Source: Eledone cirrhosa (Eukaryota). From it: a DNA stretch of 64,000 nucleotides. The stretch lies in NCBI GenBank assembly GCA_964016885.1, contig OZ024747.1, positions 48,980,001-49,044,000 of the forward strand. The letters are read 5' to 3'. A program made the position numbers and the translations under genes. Each line of letters starts with the position of its first letter. The stretch's first letter is position 1. Below the pieces are notes generated by a model. The model was not told where the DNA came from and ran no database searches. It worked only from the letters and a program-made list of their open reading frames with translations. Of this stretch, positions 27,231 to 40,600 are shown piece by piece.

Positions 27231-27903
27231 GAGCATATTTTCTGTAGCAAGAATTTTATTTTTGTTTGGAGATTTCTGATATTTAATGTTTTTATCCCTA
27301 GCGCGTAAATATCTTGCGTACGTCACTTTGTGAAACATATGTTTTTACATCCATCGCCATGTTGCTTTTTTTTTTAACCTGTCTATATTCTAATTTTCAC
27401 TTTTTCTTTTACCAGTTGTATCAGTTTGACTTCTCGAAGTTGACATGTTAAGTCCATGATATTCATTTGGTTTTATGTATTTTGGTGGAGCAGGTGGGGT
27501 GTAGTACTTTGACTTTCCATAGTTTGATGGAAGGGTGGATGGGAAGGAATTATGTCTCTATATTTTGTTGTTGTTTTTTCTTTGTTTTGACTTTCTAAAT
27601 ATTTCTCTCTTGTGAATATGACACGTTTTATTCCATCTCCTCATTTGCTGTTCTACTTCTTCCCATCCACGAACACTTTCTAAAGTGGCAGTATTTCTCA
27701 TTTTATTTTACCGTTTCCATCTGAAGAATTTATTTCTATTTTTATATCATTTAGAACATTTCCAGAAATGAAACATTAAATATGGAATAAATTGCTTTAT
27801 TCTTTCCCCTCAAATCTCTTTCTTCTCAGATCTGTGAATACCTTCATTGTGTGGGGTGCCTAGTTGTTTGAGTGGTCTGTTTTTATACTGAAACTACTCG
27901 AAA

Positions 27904-28042
27904 TGCGGTGAGTTGTTACAACTTCCTTACAAATTAAATATTTTGCGCTATTTATTCCGGTTTTCTGTGTTCTGAGTTCAATTCCCGCCTAGGTCAACCT
28001 TACCTTTCATCCTTTCGGAGTCGATAAATAAAGAACCAGTCA
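27904..28042 (+). mobile_element. Diverged SINE S1-related copy
   Basis: gagttcaattcccgcctaggtcaaccttacctttcatcctttcggagtcgataaa. Confidence 0.65.
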
Positions 28043-28403
28043 GTGGCGGTGGATTGACGGGTTTTATAGAGAGCATTAGACGAGATATATTTCGTCACTT
28101 TATGGTATGAGTTCACTTACGAGGACATTGATTCCAAGATCTAGCAGCTTTTGCCTTTCTGCTAGACAACAACACAGGCACGGAAAGGTGACATTTGCAT
28201 GCATGTGCAAAGTGTGATCTTCCACAAAAAATATGTCCACATCTGCACCGTGAAGAGAAACCTTCTATGTGTAGATTCTTGGCGGCAAGAAACATACAGG
28301 GACACCTGAAAGTACTCTAAAAAATACGTGTGCAGTACCTAGTACATGTGTTGGACCTGGATTAATTAACATATTCACACATACACACACAAACAAACAC
28401 ACG

Positions 28404-28450
<47 letters not shown>

Positions 28451-28459
28451 ACACACCCA

Positions 28460-28560
<101 letters not shown>

Positions 28561-28574
28561 GTTTATTGATGTGT

Positions 28575-29450
28575 GACGTGTAATTACTATTGGTTCGCCA
28601 GTTTCAGCACTCAATGGGTCCGGTTGCCGATGTGGTAGGCCCATTCACACGGGCCATTCTCGCCATATTCATCCACCTTTTAACAAATGTACTGGGGGCA
28701 GCACTTCTCTTTCCACTCTCACCCCCCTTTCCACGGGAAAGTTGAAAACGTCGATGAGGGATTGGCCGAAGAGAAAAGTGTCTGTCTTCAGTGCTTTCAA
28801 CCTGGTCCACCATACAACCTTTTTCGCATTCGCAACTACCACCAGACAGATGAAAACTGCCTGCCCTTCCCAGTCAAAAGGAGGCGGTGCGGTGATCTTC
28901 ACTATGGACTCGAGATTTCTGGAAATTATCCATGGTCCCCGAGTCGAAAGTCCTCCGGAACAGACTGGTAGACATCCAGAGCCTCTCAGAGTGCGTTGTC
29001 GCACTTGCCCACCACTAATCCTCTATAGAACTCGCGAGTGGAAGTTCTACTGTCCGCATTTCCCGTCTGGAAGAGGGTTGTGGGCGCCTGGCAACATACT
29101 AGATGCCAAGCGCCCAGTCTCGGATTCTTCTAAACCCAGGACTGCAGCTCAGTCAAAGAGACGAGCTGCGGAAAGGCCTGTCTCACAAACGGTGACAACA
29201 CCTATTCACCGTCAATATATCTGGAGATACCGGAGCATCAGCGCATGTTTTCGCATCATTAGCCACCGCATGCTCAGCCCTCCACGTAGAGGGTGTTGGC
29301 AACAGATGGACCGCCTCACCAACGGAACATGTTCCCTCCACAAGAAGTTGAAGAGGAGCCGTTCCAATTTGGAGAGGCACGATCGGGGGCAAGGCACGAC
29401 GGTCAAACGGAAGTAGATGAAAATCGGCAATTAATTCAAAAAAATATACA
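28575..29450 (-). mobile_element. Tx1/L1-like LINE ORF2 3' fragment
   Basis: YFRLTVVPCPRSCLSKLERLLFNFLW...GGL and AVFICLVVVANAKKVVWWTRLKAL; homologous to 39900-40880. Confidence 0.85.
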
Positions 29451-30185
29451 TTCTCCGCCCTAGTATTCGGACAGAAACCGCAGACAAACGCCAATTTAAA
29501 CATACGCACTTCGCACATCAACCACTCGCATACACCACCAGCATCCTCTGAATTACCACAATTATTATCATTTTTATCATCAAATTTATCATCATTCTTG
29601 CAATGCTCAGACAAATCACAGAGGCAACAAATATAAAGAAACTCCAACCGAAATTAAACAGAAAACACGAGTGGAATAGCAACATCACAACTAGTAATTA
29701 AGGACAAAATGAAGACATACAGACACACACAAAAACCAGACTAACAAAATAAATCAGACACAGATAGAACAAACAACCAACTAGTGACAAGTAAATAAAC
29801 ACATAAACAAAAAAACACACAGACACCCGGATGTAACGCATGCGCAAACTAGGCATACAACACACAAAAACAAGATGGTGTAGGACAGAACAAAGGAGAC
29901 ACAAAATAAAGACCTAGTCACCAAGGAGGTCGCAGAATGTGTGACGAAAGAGCTTTGACAAAATATAAACAACCTTCCGGTTATCGAACCAACCAACCAA
30001 CCAACCAGCCAGCCAACCGGAAATTTATAATAAGTTGAAGTGGAAGTGAAAACCAACAGGTGCGTGTGTTTTTATTGGCAACATGACCCCCCCCCCCAAA
30101 AAAAAAAAACATTACAATATCTGTTTCAACACACGCTTTCATATAAGAAATCTTGCAAAACAAATTCAAAAACGAATTATATATA

Positions 30186-30227
<42 letters not shown>

Positions 30228-31149
30228 CCGTCATTATCATTGCTAACTTCATATCCATCATCATCATTATCATCTCCATCATTGTTTCCAATGCATAACC
30301 GTACTTAGCTTTACTTTCTTTGACTCTATGATGTGTATTCGTGTGCATGCTTATATATGTATGTCTGTGTGCAAATGTTCAGGGTTTTCCTTACTCTAAT
30401 TGATGATCGTTTGCATGAGATGTGTATATACATACATGTTCATATACATATTCATGTATATATATATTACATTCAAAATTATAGATGTCATGTTTGAGAT
30501 AATCTCGAACATGTGTCACGTCTCCCAAAATAAGCTCAGAGAAAAAATTCAAAGAATAAATTTGAGCTTTTAATCATTACAAAATAGTGAATGACATAAA
30601 TACGCACACAAATATCTAATGATACAAATGTATAATAGAACATATGAAACTTTAACAAGAGACAATCTGTATAGAATGAAAGAATACAAAGTTCGTTAGT
30701 GTATTATATTAAAATTTAACAAACAGTTAAAACATAGATACCTGATAAAAATCATATATATTTCCCTCATATTTATCCTTCACAAAACATGAATAAATTT
30801 CACCAAATATCGGTGCAGTTAGATAACACAGGTCTACAGAAAAAAATTTGAAATGGTGCAGATGTTTTGACTGATTTTAAAGTTTTTCACCGTTAGCTTT
30901 AGTTTTCTTGAATTCTTACACTTCTTATTCTAAGAAAAATTAGCGTAAGTTTCATATAAAAGTATACCAATGAAAGAAAAAAAACACATGATTTATCATA
31001 GAAAAACCTTAATAACAACTATAGATGTATTTGAACATAGTCTCTCAAAAATGTGTATTCATTACCACAAAATAAAAACTAATCATGTTAGACGAAAATT
31101 TAAAGTAGAGATTTTCTTTTGAGTGATTTTCAAACAATTTATCCAACAC

Positions 31150-31440
31150 AAGGAGCGTAAACAATTTACCGGAGAAAACCAATGAGAAAACCAGAAGAAG
31201 GTAGATGAAAGAAAAGTACTCAATATAAGATTCAGACGAAACCAAACATCATTCTATAGAGATATGAAGGGCAAAATGATAAGTGTCACTGAGGCCCCAT
31301 CCCAGAAAGTCATAGATTCCTTTTGGAGAAAAATATGGGGTGAAAAGAAGAATTTCAACCGAGTCCCAAAGAACAAACATGAATCAACAACACGTTCAAA
31401 AGGTTGCCATGCTACTAGACTTCCTAGCAGCAAGGCCGAA
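31150..31440 (+). mobile_element. R4/Dong-like LINE fragment (rearranged)
   Basis: PSQKVIDSFWRKIWGE joined to ESTTR...HATRLPSS, the latter matching 21838-21898. Confidence 0.65.
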
Positions 31441-31456
31441 CATACATACACACACA

Positions 31457-32060
31457 CATGGTGGCTGCCAACTCGTTTTCGAGTACGGCCACTACTTTAT
31501 ATCCATGTAGGAGAACCCCTACCGATGCGCTGACTTTTTAGTCCAGCCAGCGACTTGAAAACTTTGGTACAAACACTACACTTGTGACAATTATTGACAC
31601 ATAGTGCTGGGCTCATGGTACCATGTGATGACAAGTGCAGAAACATCTCCAGATATAAAGCAATGCCTGTGCCGTGAAATGTTTATAGTGAGCAAAGGCA
31701 CTGCACAAAGCCAGTCCCACTCTCTTAACCAAGATGATATTTACCAAAAAGAAGAACAAGTCAACGTCATTGGATACCATCAGGGTTGCAGGTGTTATAT
31801 CAGAGTTTTCCTTCTCCTAGAATTCTGCCTTGACAAAGGCTAAGGGGTTATCTCTCCCGGTGATTTTGGATGGCCATTGACTCTTAAGAGCTCCTTTGCC
31901 CTTTGACAGGGTTTGTTTTTAGTCCTGCAGGATGTCCAAAGTCACCCTCCTCACCAAGAAACCTTGGTGGGGTTGCCAGTTTAGTCGCCAACGACCCGAC
32001 CATGAGACAGGTTGTACTGGGATACATGTTACCAGTAGCACCAACTGGAGACCTGACATA
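31457..32060 (-). mobile_element. RTE-derived non-autonomous element, family B, near full length (~600 bp)
   Basis: Has both the 3' tail and the 5' block shared with 18570-18765. Confidence 0.75.
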
Positions 32061-32143
32061 AATACATACCTATATACATACATACATACATACCTATATA
32101 CACACACACATACATACCTATATACATACATACAAACATACAT

Positions 32144-32417
32144 GTGATTATTGGGGCAAAGGGATATGTTAGTAACTGCTATAATATAAATCTTGAGAAG
32201 CTGAGCTTCACAGAAACAGAAAGAACACGGCTAGTTAGGAAATCCATTAATGTAACTGTAAAAAACATTCCAAAAATTCTGCATCGAATAACTGCATATA
32301 CACATGTACAGATACAAAGCATATGCACATGCACATATATAACTCCAAACATACTCATCGACACATACAAAAACATCCATACCTGCAAAAATCTGTAAAA
32401 TTATAAAACCAGAAGAA
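32144..32417 (+). mobile_element. Short 3'-end derivative of the R4/Dong-like LINE
   Basis: Same 5' breakpoint as the 20400 copy; has an internal deletion. Confidence 0.78.
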
Positions 32418-32422
32418 CATAC

Positions 32423-32491
<69 letters not shown>

Positions 32492-32551
32492 ATATATATA
32501 TAGTGAGGAACGAAACATAAGTCAATTGCATGAACTCATAATCCTTTATTT

Positions 32552-32607
32552 ACTGGTATATATATTTCGATGATAGCCATTGAATGGCTATGACCTCATC
32601 AGGCAGT
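32552..32607 (-). ncRNA. Type I hammerhead motif, long stem II, one stem I mismatch
   Basis: ACUGC-CUGAUGA-GGUCAUAGCCAUUCAAUGGCUAUCAUC-GAAA-UAUAUA-UA-CCAGU. Confidence 0.68.
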
Positions 32608-32668
32608 TAGTCAGTTCTTAGATATGCCAGCTCTGTGTTTATAGTGCTGATGGTATCAGAGCCTTGGG

Positions 32669-32709
<41 letters not shown>

Positions 32710-32711
<2 letters not shown>

Positions 32712-33146
32712 AGGGCAATCCCAAAAGTAAGGTCTCCTTCCGATATTGCAACTTCCGATATTGGTCTCCTTCCGATATTGCAACTTTTCCGTTAAAATCC
32801 TGTGTTAAAATCCTGTGTTAAAATCCTGTGAAACTTCAGGCACCAAAATGCAGAGACCATCCAGAGTGATCCGCCGATCTTTACGCATGTTTTCCTCGGA
32901 AGGAGACCTTACTTTTGGGATTGCCCTCTATATAATAACTGCGCGAAATTCTCACTTGGCGGTAGCGTTCAACGGGAGCTCCATTCTCAATGGCTTCCAA
33001 GCCGAGATTGAGCATCCCAGCGAAGCGCGCGCTTGCTTGTTTGGGAGTGAAGGAAGCACCAATCACAACAGTGTTGCCAACAGCCGTACGAACAGATTCT
33101 ATGCATCCCCATCACTTTGAAGACCTTACTTTTGGGATTACCCTCG
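32710..33146. mobile_element. Mariner-type MITE with one left and two right TIRs
   Basis: CGAGGGCAATCCCAAAAGTAAGGTCT at 32710, with inverted copies near 32903-32927 and 33121-33146, in TA context. Confidence 0.8.
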
Positions 33147-33616
33147 TATATATATATATGTATACACACACATACATAACATGCAAATTACTCTGCCTAT
33201 ATATTTAGATTTGTTTCTCTCGTTTGTATACTCAATAGCTATACATGTGTGTATTTGTTTGAGTGTATCTACCTAAAGAGAGGTTGGAGGAGATTGAGTG
33301 GGGAGAGCGATATGAAGAGAGAGAAATAGCTATAAGTACATTATTGTGCATCAGGTGTATGTAATGGCTGTAAACATCTAAAGACAGCCAAATCATTCCA
33401 GTTATATTTTCTGATATTATATAAAATAGTTATAAGTAGGTAGTCTAGAAGACTCGTCGTGAGTTCGTATTTAATCAACACTACTTCTCTACATTCAAGG
33501 GTATTTTAACGCTCAACGACTCACTCACTCTCACACACACATACACACACTCGCACACAAACACACACACTCACACACAAACACACACACTCATGCGCAC
33601 ACTCACGCACATATAT

Positions 33617-33830
33617 ATTGACCCTCTTCAGTCCCGAATGACCATGGTTTTGCACCTAGAAAGTTCCCTTCTGAGGCATAAGTCCGGACAAGGTTGTTTG
33701 TTGAAGACCAGCAGTCACCCATGCACACCAGTCTTGCTCAAGAACACAACACAAAGCCCGGTCCGAGAATCGAATTCACAACCTCACGATTGTAAGCCCG
33801 ACGCTCTAACCACTAAGCCATGCGCCTTCA
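33617..33830 (-). mobile_element. SINE S3, internally deleted
   Basis: Matches both ends of 18162-18500. Confidence 0.78.
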
Positions 33831-33867
33831 CGTGTGAAGTAAACAACAAGATAGTCATTATATGTAT

Positions 33868-34047
33868 ATGGCAGTATCGGTAAAGGGTCGGACGCCATGC
33901 TTTGACGCATAGAGTTACGGCCCTTTCCATTCTGAGTTCAAATTCCGCCGAGGTTAACTTTGCCTTTCATCCTTACGGGGTCGATAAAATAAAGTACCAG
34001 TAATGCACTGGGTAATTGCTGGTCTTGTGCCTAAAGTAGAAACAATT
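33868..34047 (+). mobile_element. SINE S1
   Basis: B-box gagttcaaattcc and core. Confidence 0.85.
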
Positions 34048-34650
34048 ATATGTATAACGTATGCGGTCGTTCTGGTACATTTTACACATTTCAAAACGGA
34101 TTTCCTTTCCCGTTTCCCCAGATACATTATCATACATGTGACCTCTGACCAGATGCACAGTATGCAACACTCTCTGAACTTCTAAACCTCGATAAAGCAG
34201 ACACCACGCTTTAAACCTCGATAAGGGAAACATCAGGCTCTAAACCTCGATAACACAAACACTACTTTCTTGTTAGCATCCGTCTGTTGCCTGACCAAGA
34301 TGACTTTTACTATAGAATCAAACTATATTAAATTCTATGACGTATGTATCATATTTATAACTTACATTGCTTCATATTTATCACTGACATACATGTCTTT
34401 CGCGTGGGTTGCATGAGCATGTCTGGTCGTAGCCAAAAAAGGCATTTTATTGCTTTTCTTTTTTCTTTCGCTGCAGAATATGCAGAAAGTAACGTAGGTT
34501 CTCGGAAGGACCAAAAGGTGGTGTTCGTGCCACCTACGTATGAGAAAAGAATGATGTGATGGCATTTCTCGAAATTGAGATGCAGTCATCATGTATGTAT
34601 GTATGTATGTATGTATGTATGTATGTATGTATGTATGTATGTATGTATGT

Positions 34651-35067
34651 TTCCCGGGAGAGATGACCGCTTAGCCTTTGTCAAGGCAGAATTCTAGGAG
34701 AAGGAAAACTCTGATATAACACCTGCAACCCTGATGGTATCCAATGATGTTGCCTTGTTCTTCTTTTTGGTAAATATCATCTTGGTTAAGAGAGTGGGAC
34801 TGGCTTTGTGCAGTGCCTTTGCTCACTATAAAAGCTTCACTGCACAGGCATTGCTTTATATCTGGAGATCTCTCTGCACTTGTCGTCACATGGTAGCATG
34901 TGCCCAGCACTATGTGTCAATAATTGTCACAAGTGTAGTGTTTGTACCAGAGTTTTCAGGTCGAGGGCTGGAGTAAAAAGTCACACTCGTTCAGCGCATC
35001 GGTAGGGGTTCTCCTACATGGATATAAAGTAGTTGCCGTACTCGAAAACGAATTGGCAGTCACCATG
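34651..35067 (+). mobile_element. RTE-derived non-autonomous element, family B, in (ATGT)n
   Basis: Reverse complement of 20806-21220. Confidence 0.72.
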
Positions 35068-35204
35068 TATGTATGTATGTATGTATGTATGTGCACACGT
35101 ATGAATGTATACATGTATATATATATATATGTATGTATGTAAATATGTATGTATATATGTATGTATGCATGCATGTATGTGTGTATATATATATATAAAT
35201 ATAG

Positions 35205-35235
<31 letters not shown>

Positions 35236-35245
35236 TGTATGTATG

Positions 35246-35274
<29 letters not shown>

Positions 35275-35276
<2 letters not shown>

Positions 35277-35953
35277 GGACTCCTTGAAAGCCTCTTTGAA
35301 AGATGCTAACATCTCTGCTGATACATGGGAAAATATTGCTGCTGATCGTAATAAATGAAGAAAGACTGTATATGAGGGAAAAGTTGCCTTTGAGGCATCT
35401 CGAATCGCACACGAGAAAGTAAAGCGGGATGTGAGGAAGGGCATTGCTGTTGCACTTCCAGACGGCGAGGGTCCTCCTATGGTGCTGACATGCAGCGTCT
35501 GTGCGAGACTCTGCCTAAGCAAAGCTGGACTCGAAAGTCATCTTTGCAGTCATAAAGTAAGACCAGTGGTTGACTACCAGGCTGCTATTGGAGATGCTAC
35601 TCATCATGCTTGCCAAGCATGTGGTAGAGAATGTAAATCAGCAGGAGGGCTCAAGCGACATGCAAAAGTACACGAACTCCAACCACAGCCGACTATTCCC
35701 AGTGAATGTTTTGGTTGCCGACTCTGTGCAAGACAATTTAGATCATTGGCTGGGCTAAAAAGCCACATTCGATCGCAGCGCTGTTAGTTGCTATCGCGTG
35801 TGTGTGTGTGTGTGTAGATATGTTTATGTGTGCGCGTGTGTGTGTATATATATATATGTATATGTATATTATTATTGTTGTTATTTTTATTATTATTATT
35901 GTTATTAATGTATATGTGTGTATGTATATATATATGTGTGTATATATGTATAT

Positions 35954-36021
<68 letters not shown>

Positions 36022-36120
36022 CTTTTTTTTATTTTATTTTATTTTTTATTTATCTATTAATTTTTTTTTTCTCCTCGTGCAATGGCCATACTCGATAACG
36101 AGGGGGCAGCCATCATCATG
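35275..36120 (+). mobile_element. RTE (BovB-like) LINE 3' end with three C2H2 zinc fingers
   Basis: KDSLKASLK...WENIAADRNK*R, then CSVC...SHLCSH, CQAC...RHAKVH and CRLC...SHIRS. The 3' tail lies at 36080-36120, beyond a microsatellite. Confidence 0.8.
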
Positions 36121-36516
36121 TATGTATGTATGAATGTATACATACATATATATACATGTATATATATTTATATATATATGTATGTATGTATGTAAGTATA
36201 TGTATGTATATATGTATGTATGTATGCATACTTGTATGTGTGTGTATATATATATATAGATATGTATATGTATGTATATATGTTTGTTTATATGTATGTA
36301 TATATGAATGTATGTATGTATGTATGTAAGTATATGTATGTATTTATGTATGTATGTATGCATACTTGTATGTGTGTGTATATATATATATAGAGATATG
36401 TATATGTATGTATATATGTTTGTTTATATGTATGTATATATGAATGTATGTATGTATGTATGCATGTATCTATGTACCTATGTGTGCTTATGTATGTATA
36501 TACTATCATTTTTTTT

Positions 36517-37260
36517 TCCTGGATCCTTCTCTCTGTTTCTACCAAACGTGTCCAGGTCTCACACCCATATAGGAGGACGGGGCTCCCAGCGATTTGTGCA
36601 ATCAATCTGTACTTGCTCTAAAAACAGATTTTGCTCCATATTCCATATTCCATATACTTCCCAATTTGACCATCACTACCAAAGCTGCGGCAATCCGTTT
36701 GCGCATTTCTGCGTTGCAGGTACCATCTTTTGACAAGACTGCTCTCCAGTATTTGAAACTGGACACTTCCTCCAATGAATGTCCGCTCATGGTGATGTTG
36801 ACAGAGGTGCTACTTGTGCTATTCACCATGACTTTAGCAGAAACAGACAGAAGGATCCAGGCATTTGAGCACTAATGCATGAGAAAACTGCTTCATATTT
36901 CTTATTGGGAAACGTAAAACCATGAATATGGGCGGAGTAATAATAAAAGTGTTGTGGGTCACCAGGAACCTCTCCTCGTCACTGTCAAGAGGAGGAAACT
37001 GGTGTGGTTTTGCCACATCACACAACATGGCAGCCTGTGTAAGACCATCATGCAAGGTGCCGTTGAAGGTGGACGCAGGAGAGGACCTCAACGTAAAAAC
37101 TGGTTGGACAATGTCAAAAGATGGACGCAAATGACGACACCAGATTTGTTGACGACCGCAGTTGATAGACTATTTTGCGTGTGTGCTGCTTCTGCAGTAG
37201 GACCCCCCCGACTACAGAAGTCAAGGGACTGATGATGATGATGGTGATGATGATGATGAT
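36517..37260 (+). mobile_element. RTE-clade LINE 3' fragment with 5' inversion and (GAT)n tail
   Basis: Minus arm LEEVSSFKYW...LLYGCETW; plus arm RRIQAFE...KRRKLVWFCHI...GGRRRGPQRKNWLDNV. Confidence 0.85.
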
Positions 37261-37606
37261 ACTATCCATAATATAATATAAAGATGATTATATTAAAAAT
37301 ATATGAGTTAATAATTCTTTGATTACAAGATTGTCTGTAAAGATACTTGAAACCTCCACCACCACCCTTTGTCACAGCAGCCAATTTATTTTACATTTAA
37401 ATCAATTACAATCATTCACTTACACATCTTTTTCAATAATTATCAAACATATTTTGACTAAATTATGATGCTTTCTTCTACCTATTTATATATATGTCTT
37501 TCTGTCTATCTATCTACACCCAAATGGAGATTGAACAACCCAATCTCCAGGAAACGAAAAGGTAAGTGTATCTTTTCGTCCTTTTCGCCAACTTTTCTCC
37601 ACCAAC

Positions 37607-40600
37607 ATGGCTAATTTACGAGTTGGAAGTGTGAATGTGCGTGGCCTGGAAACAGAACCAACTTTTAAACAACCTTAGGTCACACAGTATGGATGTGATA
37701 GCCATCACCGAGTCCAGGATCCACAACAAACAGCAACTAACCCCCTTCTTTAATGACTTTGAGATCTACGCATCTCTTTGTCAGCCAGGAGGTGGAGGGG
37801 GAGGGGTTGTTATGTTTCGGAAAAACCTGGACCTCGAAATACAGCAAATACACTTGGACCCGGAGGGTAGACTGGTAGTCCTAGACGTGAACAGTGTTGG
37901 AGGTGGAACTTTTAGACTGGTGGCCGTTTATGCCCCGACTGGGCAATCGCGGCCAGATTTCTTTTAGTGGGCAACTGGAATGGTATCCTAGACGCACGTT
38001 GGGACTATGTAGGAACATGTTCCAGTAGAGGGGGGTGCAACAGCCTCAAAAAGTTAATCGGTCAATTCCAACTGGCTGATAGGTATCGACTAGATTTTTC
38101 CGACTGCACCACAATGGACGTGGACAAATATCAGTGGGACATCTAGATTGTATTTAGATAGGTTCTTTATTACAGAGAGAGGAAAATGTACATGGTTGCC
38201 TAATCAGACCACAAACTAGTCACCTGCATAGTCAACCATGATAGAACATATAGATAAGGATCCGGATACTGGAAGCTGAACATGCCGTTACCGACGCGTA
38301 AAGCCTGCTGTAGACGGAGAAGTAGATTAGTTAAGCAACAGTTGACGGGAGTCATCGTCAACAATAGATAGTGGTGCTCTCTCAAGAGAGCAATTTGAGT
38401 AGAATCGATAGCTTTTAGCAAAGAACTAGCCTTAGAGAAAAACAAGACAGAAAGAGAACTAATAGCCAAGGTAGAGGAGGCGTTTAGGAGTTGCAACGCA
38501 GCTAGAGTGCTAGCAACGAGAACAACACTGAACCAGTTCTTCGATGCGAAACCCGAAAGCTACGTAGTCAGGAGTAGATCTAGGAAACGAGGGAGCAAAA
38601 GCTGTTAGCTGGGCCCGAGTGGCAGAGGCGAAAAGTGGCAACAAGTCCACGATTCGGTCTATAAAAGACCAAAACGGACGCGTGCTACTTGACTCCAAGC
38701 GGATGTGCACGGCCTTTCAGCGGCACTTTGCGCAACTGTTCGAGCAGAGCGGCGGTGCGCCGAACGAAGCAATGGACTTCGGTTCATAACTCGACGGCTA
38801 GCCGCGTCTCTCGAGCATGGACGCCGAGTTCTGCGAAAGACCGATCACAGCCACTGAGATACGGGACGCTCTGGGCCGCTGCGAGAAACGCAAATCACCC
38901 GGTCTAGTTGGTCTACCCTATGAGTTTTACATAGGCATGCCGGACTTGTTCTCTGGCGTCCTAGAAGCCGTCTACTGTAACTGGCAACAGAACGGGAGAA
39001 TTCCCAGTTCTGCAGGCAGGGGCGTAGTAACGCTGATCAGGAATGACGAGAACAAGGGGGACGAACTAAGCAACTTTGGGCCCATAACTCTCCTAAACAC
39101 AGGGTTAAAGATTTTGGCCAAAGTGTAAGCAACGAGGCTGGAGCTTGTCGTCGAGAACCTAGTGGGAAAAGCGCAAACGTGTGAAATTCCAACCAGGTCC
39201 ATACACGACAACCTCCACCTCATGCGATACATCAAAGAGAGCGTGGGGTGCAAACTCGGCTTCGGTGGGGCTCTGATCAATTTAGATCAGTCTAAGGCGT
39301 TCAATACTTGGAAGCGGTTCTCAAGGCGGCCGGTTTTGGACCCGTCTTCAGAGGCTGGATCAAAGCAATGCACACCAGCATCTACTCGACGGTCAAGGTG
39401 AACGGCTACCTATCGGAGCCGTTCGCAATCACGTGTTCCATCCGACAGAGATGCCCTCTCTCCTCCATTCTGTATGTATTGACTCTAGAGCCACTACTGT
39501 GGAAGTTAGAGCTTCTGAAGGGCATCCGGTTGGAACCGGGACAACGGAAAGTGGCGTCAGCTTATGCCGATGACGTGATAGTAATGGTGTCGAAAACCAC
39601 GGAAATCGGGTTGATCGGCAACTTACTTCAGGAATACGAAAGGCTCACAGGAGCAAAACTGAAACCGAACAAGTCTGTCGGTTTGCAACTCGGAACGTGG
39701 AGAGGCAAACCGATGCCGTCCGACAGCGTCGTCGGACGCTGTACGGAAGGACCGGTGAAATTGCTCGGGGTCTGGTTCGGTCCGGACCTCCAGGTGGAGA
39801 AAAACTGGAACGAGGTCACGGCCAAGGTATTTGCGCTCACCCAGAAGTGGGCAGAGTGCAAACTATCTTTGAAAGGTCGAGCGGAGTTGGCGAACACTTT
39901 CATAGCGTCCGTCATCTACTACCGCTTGACCGTCGTGCCTTGTCCCCGTGAACACCTCACTAAGATGGACCTCATGCTCTTCCAGTTCCTTTGGAAGAAG
40001 CAGGCTCCACTGGTGAGGAGATCCGTCTGTTGTCAGCACCCTTCCAACGGAGGGCTGGGAATGCCGTGGCTGATGATCCGCAAACACGCGCTGAGGCTAC
40101 GGCATCTCTAGGTATTTCTCACCGACCAACCGGTGTGGGCTCCGTTTGTGAGACAGGCCTTCCCGCAACTTGTCTCGCTGACGGAGCTGTAGTCCTGGGT
40201 CAAGCAGAGACCGACAAAAATGGGCACCTGGCATGTTGAATGCGCTCAGGCGCTCACAGTCCTCTGTCAAGCGGCCACAGCAATCAGTGGAGGCTCCACT
40301 TCGACATTCTATAGAGGGTTAGTACGTCACAAGTGCGACGATGTGCTCGGAGAGACTCTAGGCGTCGAAGACGATGAGCTCACCAGTCTGTTCGGGAGAA
40401 CTTTCCGCCCGGGACCTATGCACAACTTCCAAGGGTCCCTGGCTGGCAGTGCTACCGAGGAGCTCTACCAGGCACGGACATCCAGACAGGGATCCTTCCA
40501 AGAGGACGTGTCCAAGATGCGAGCAGGACATCGAAACCGTCCTGCACGCAATTGTACACTGCCCGGGCGTAACCGACCTGTGGAACTACGCAGAACAACT

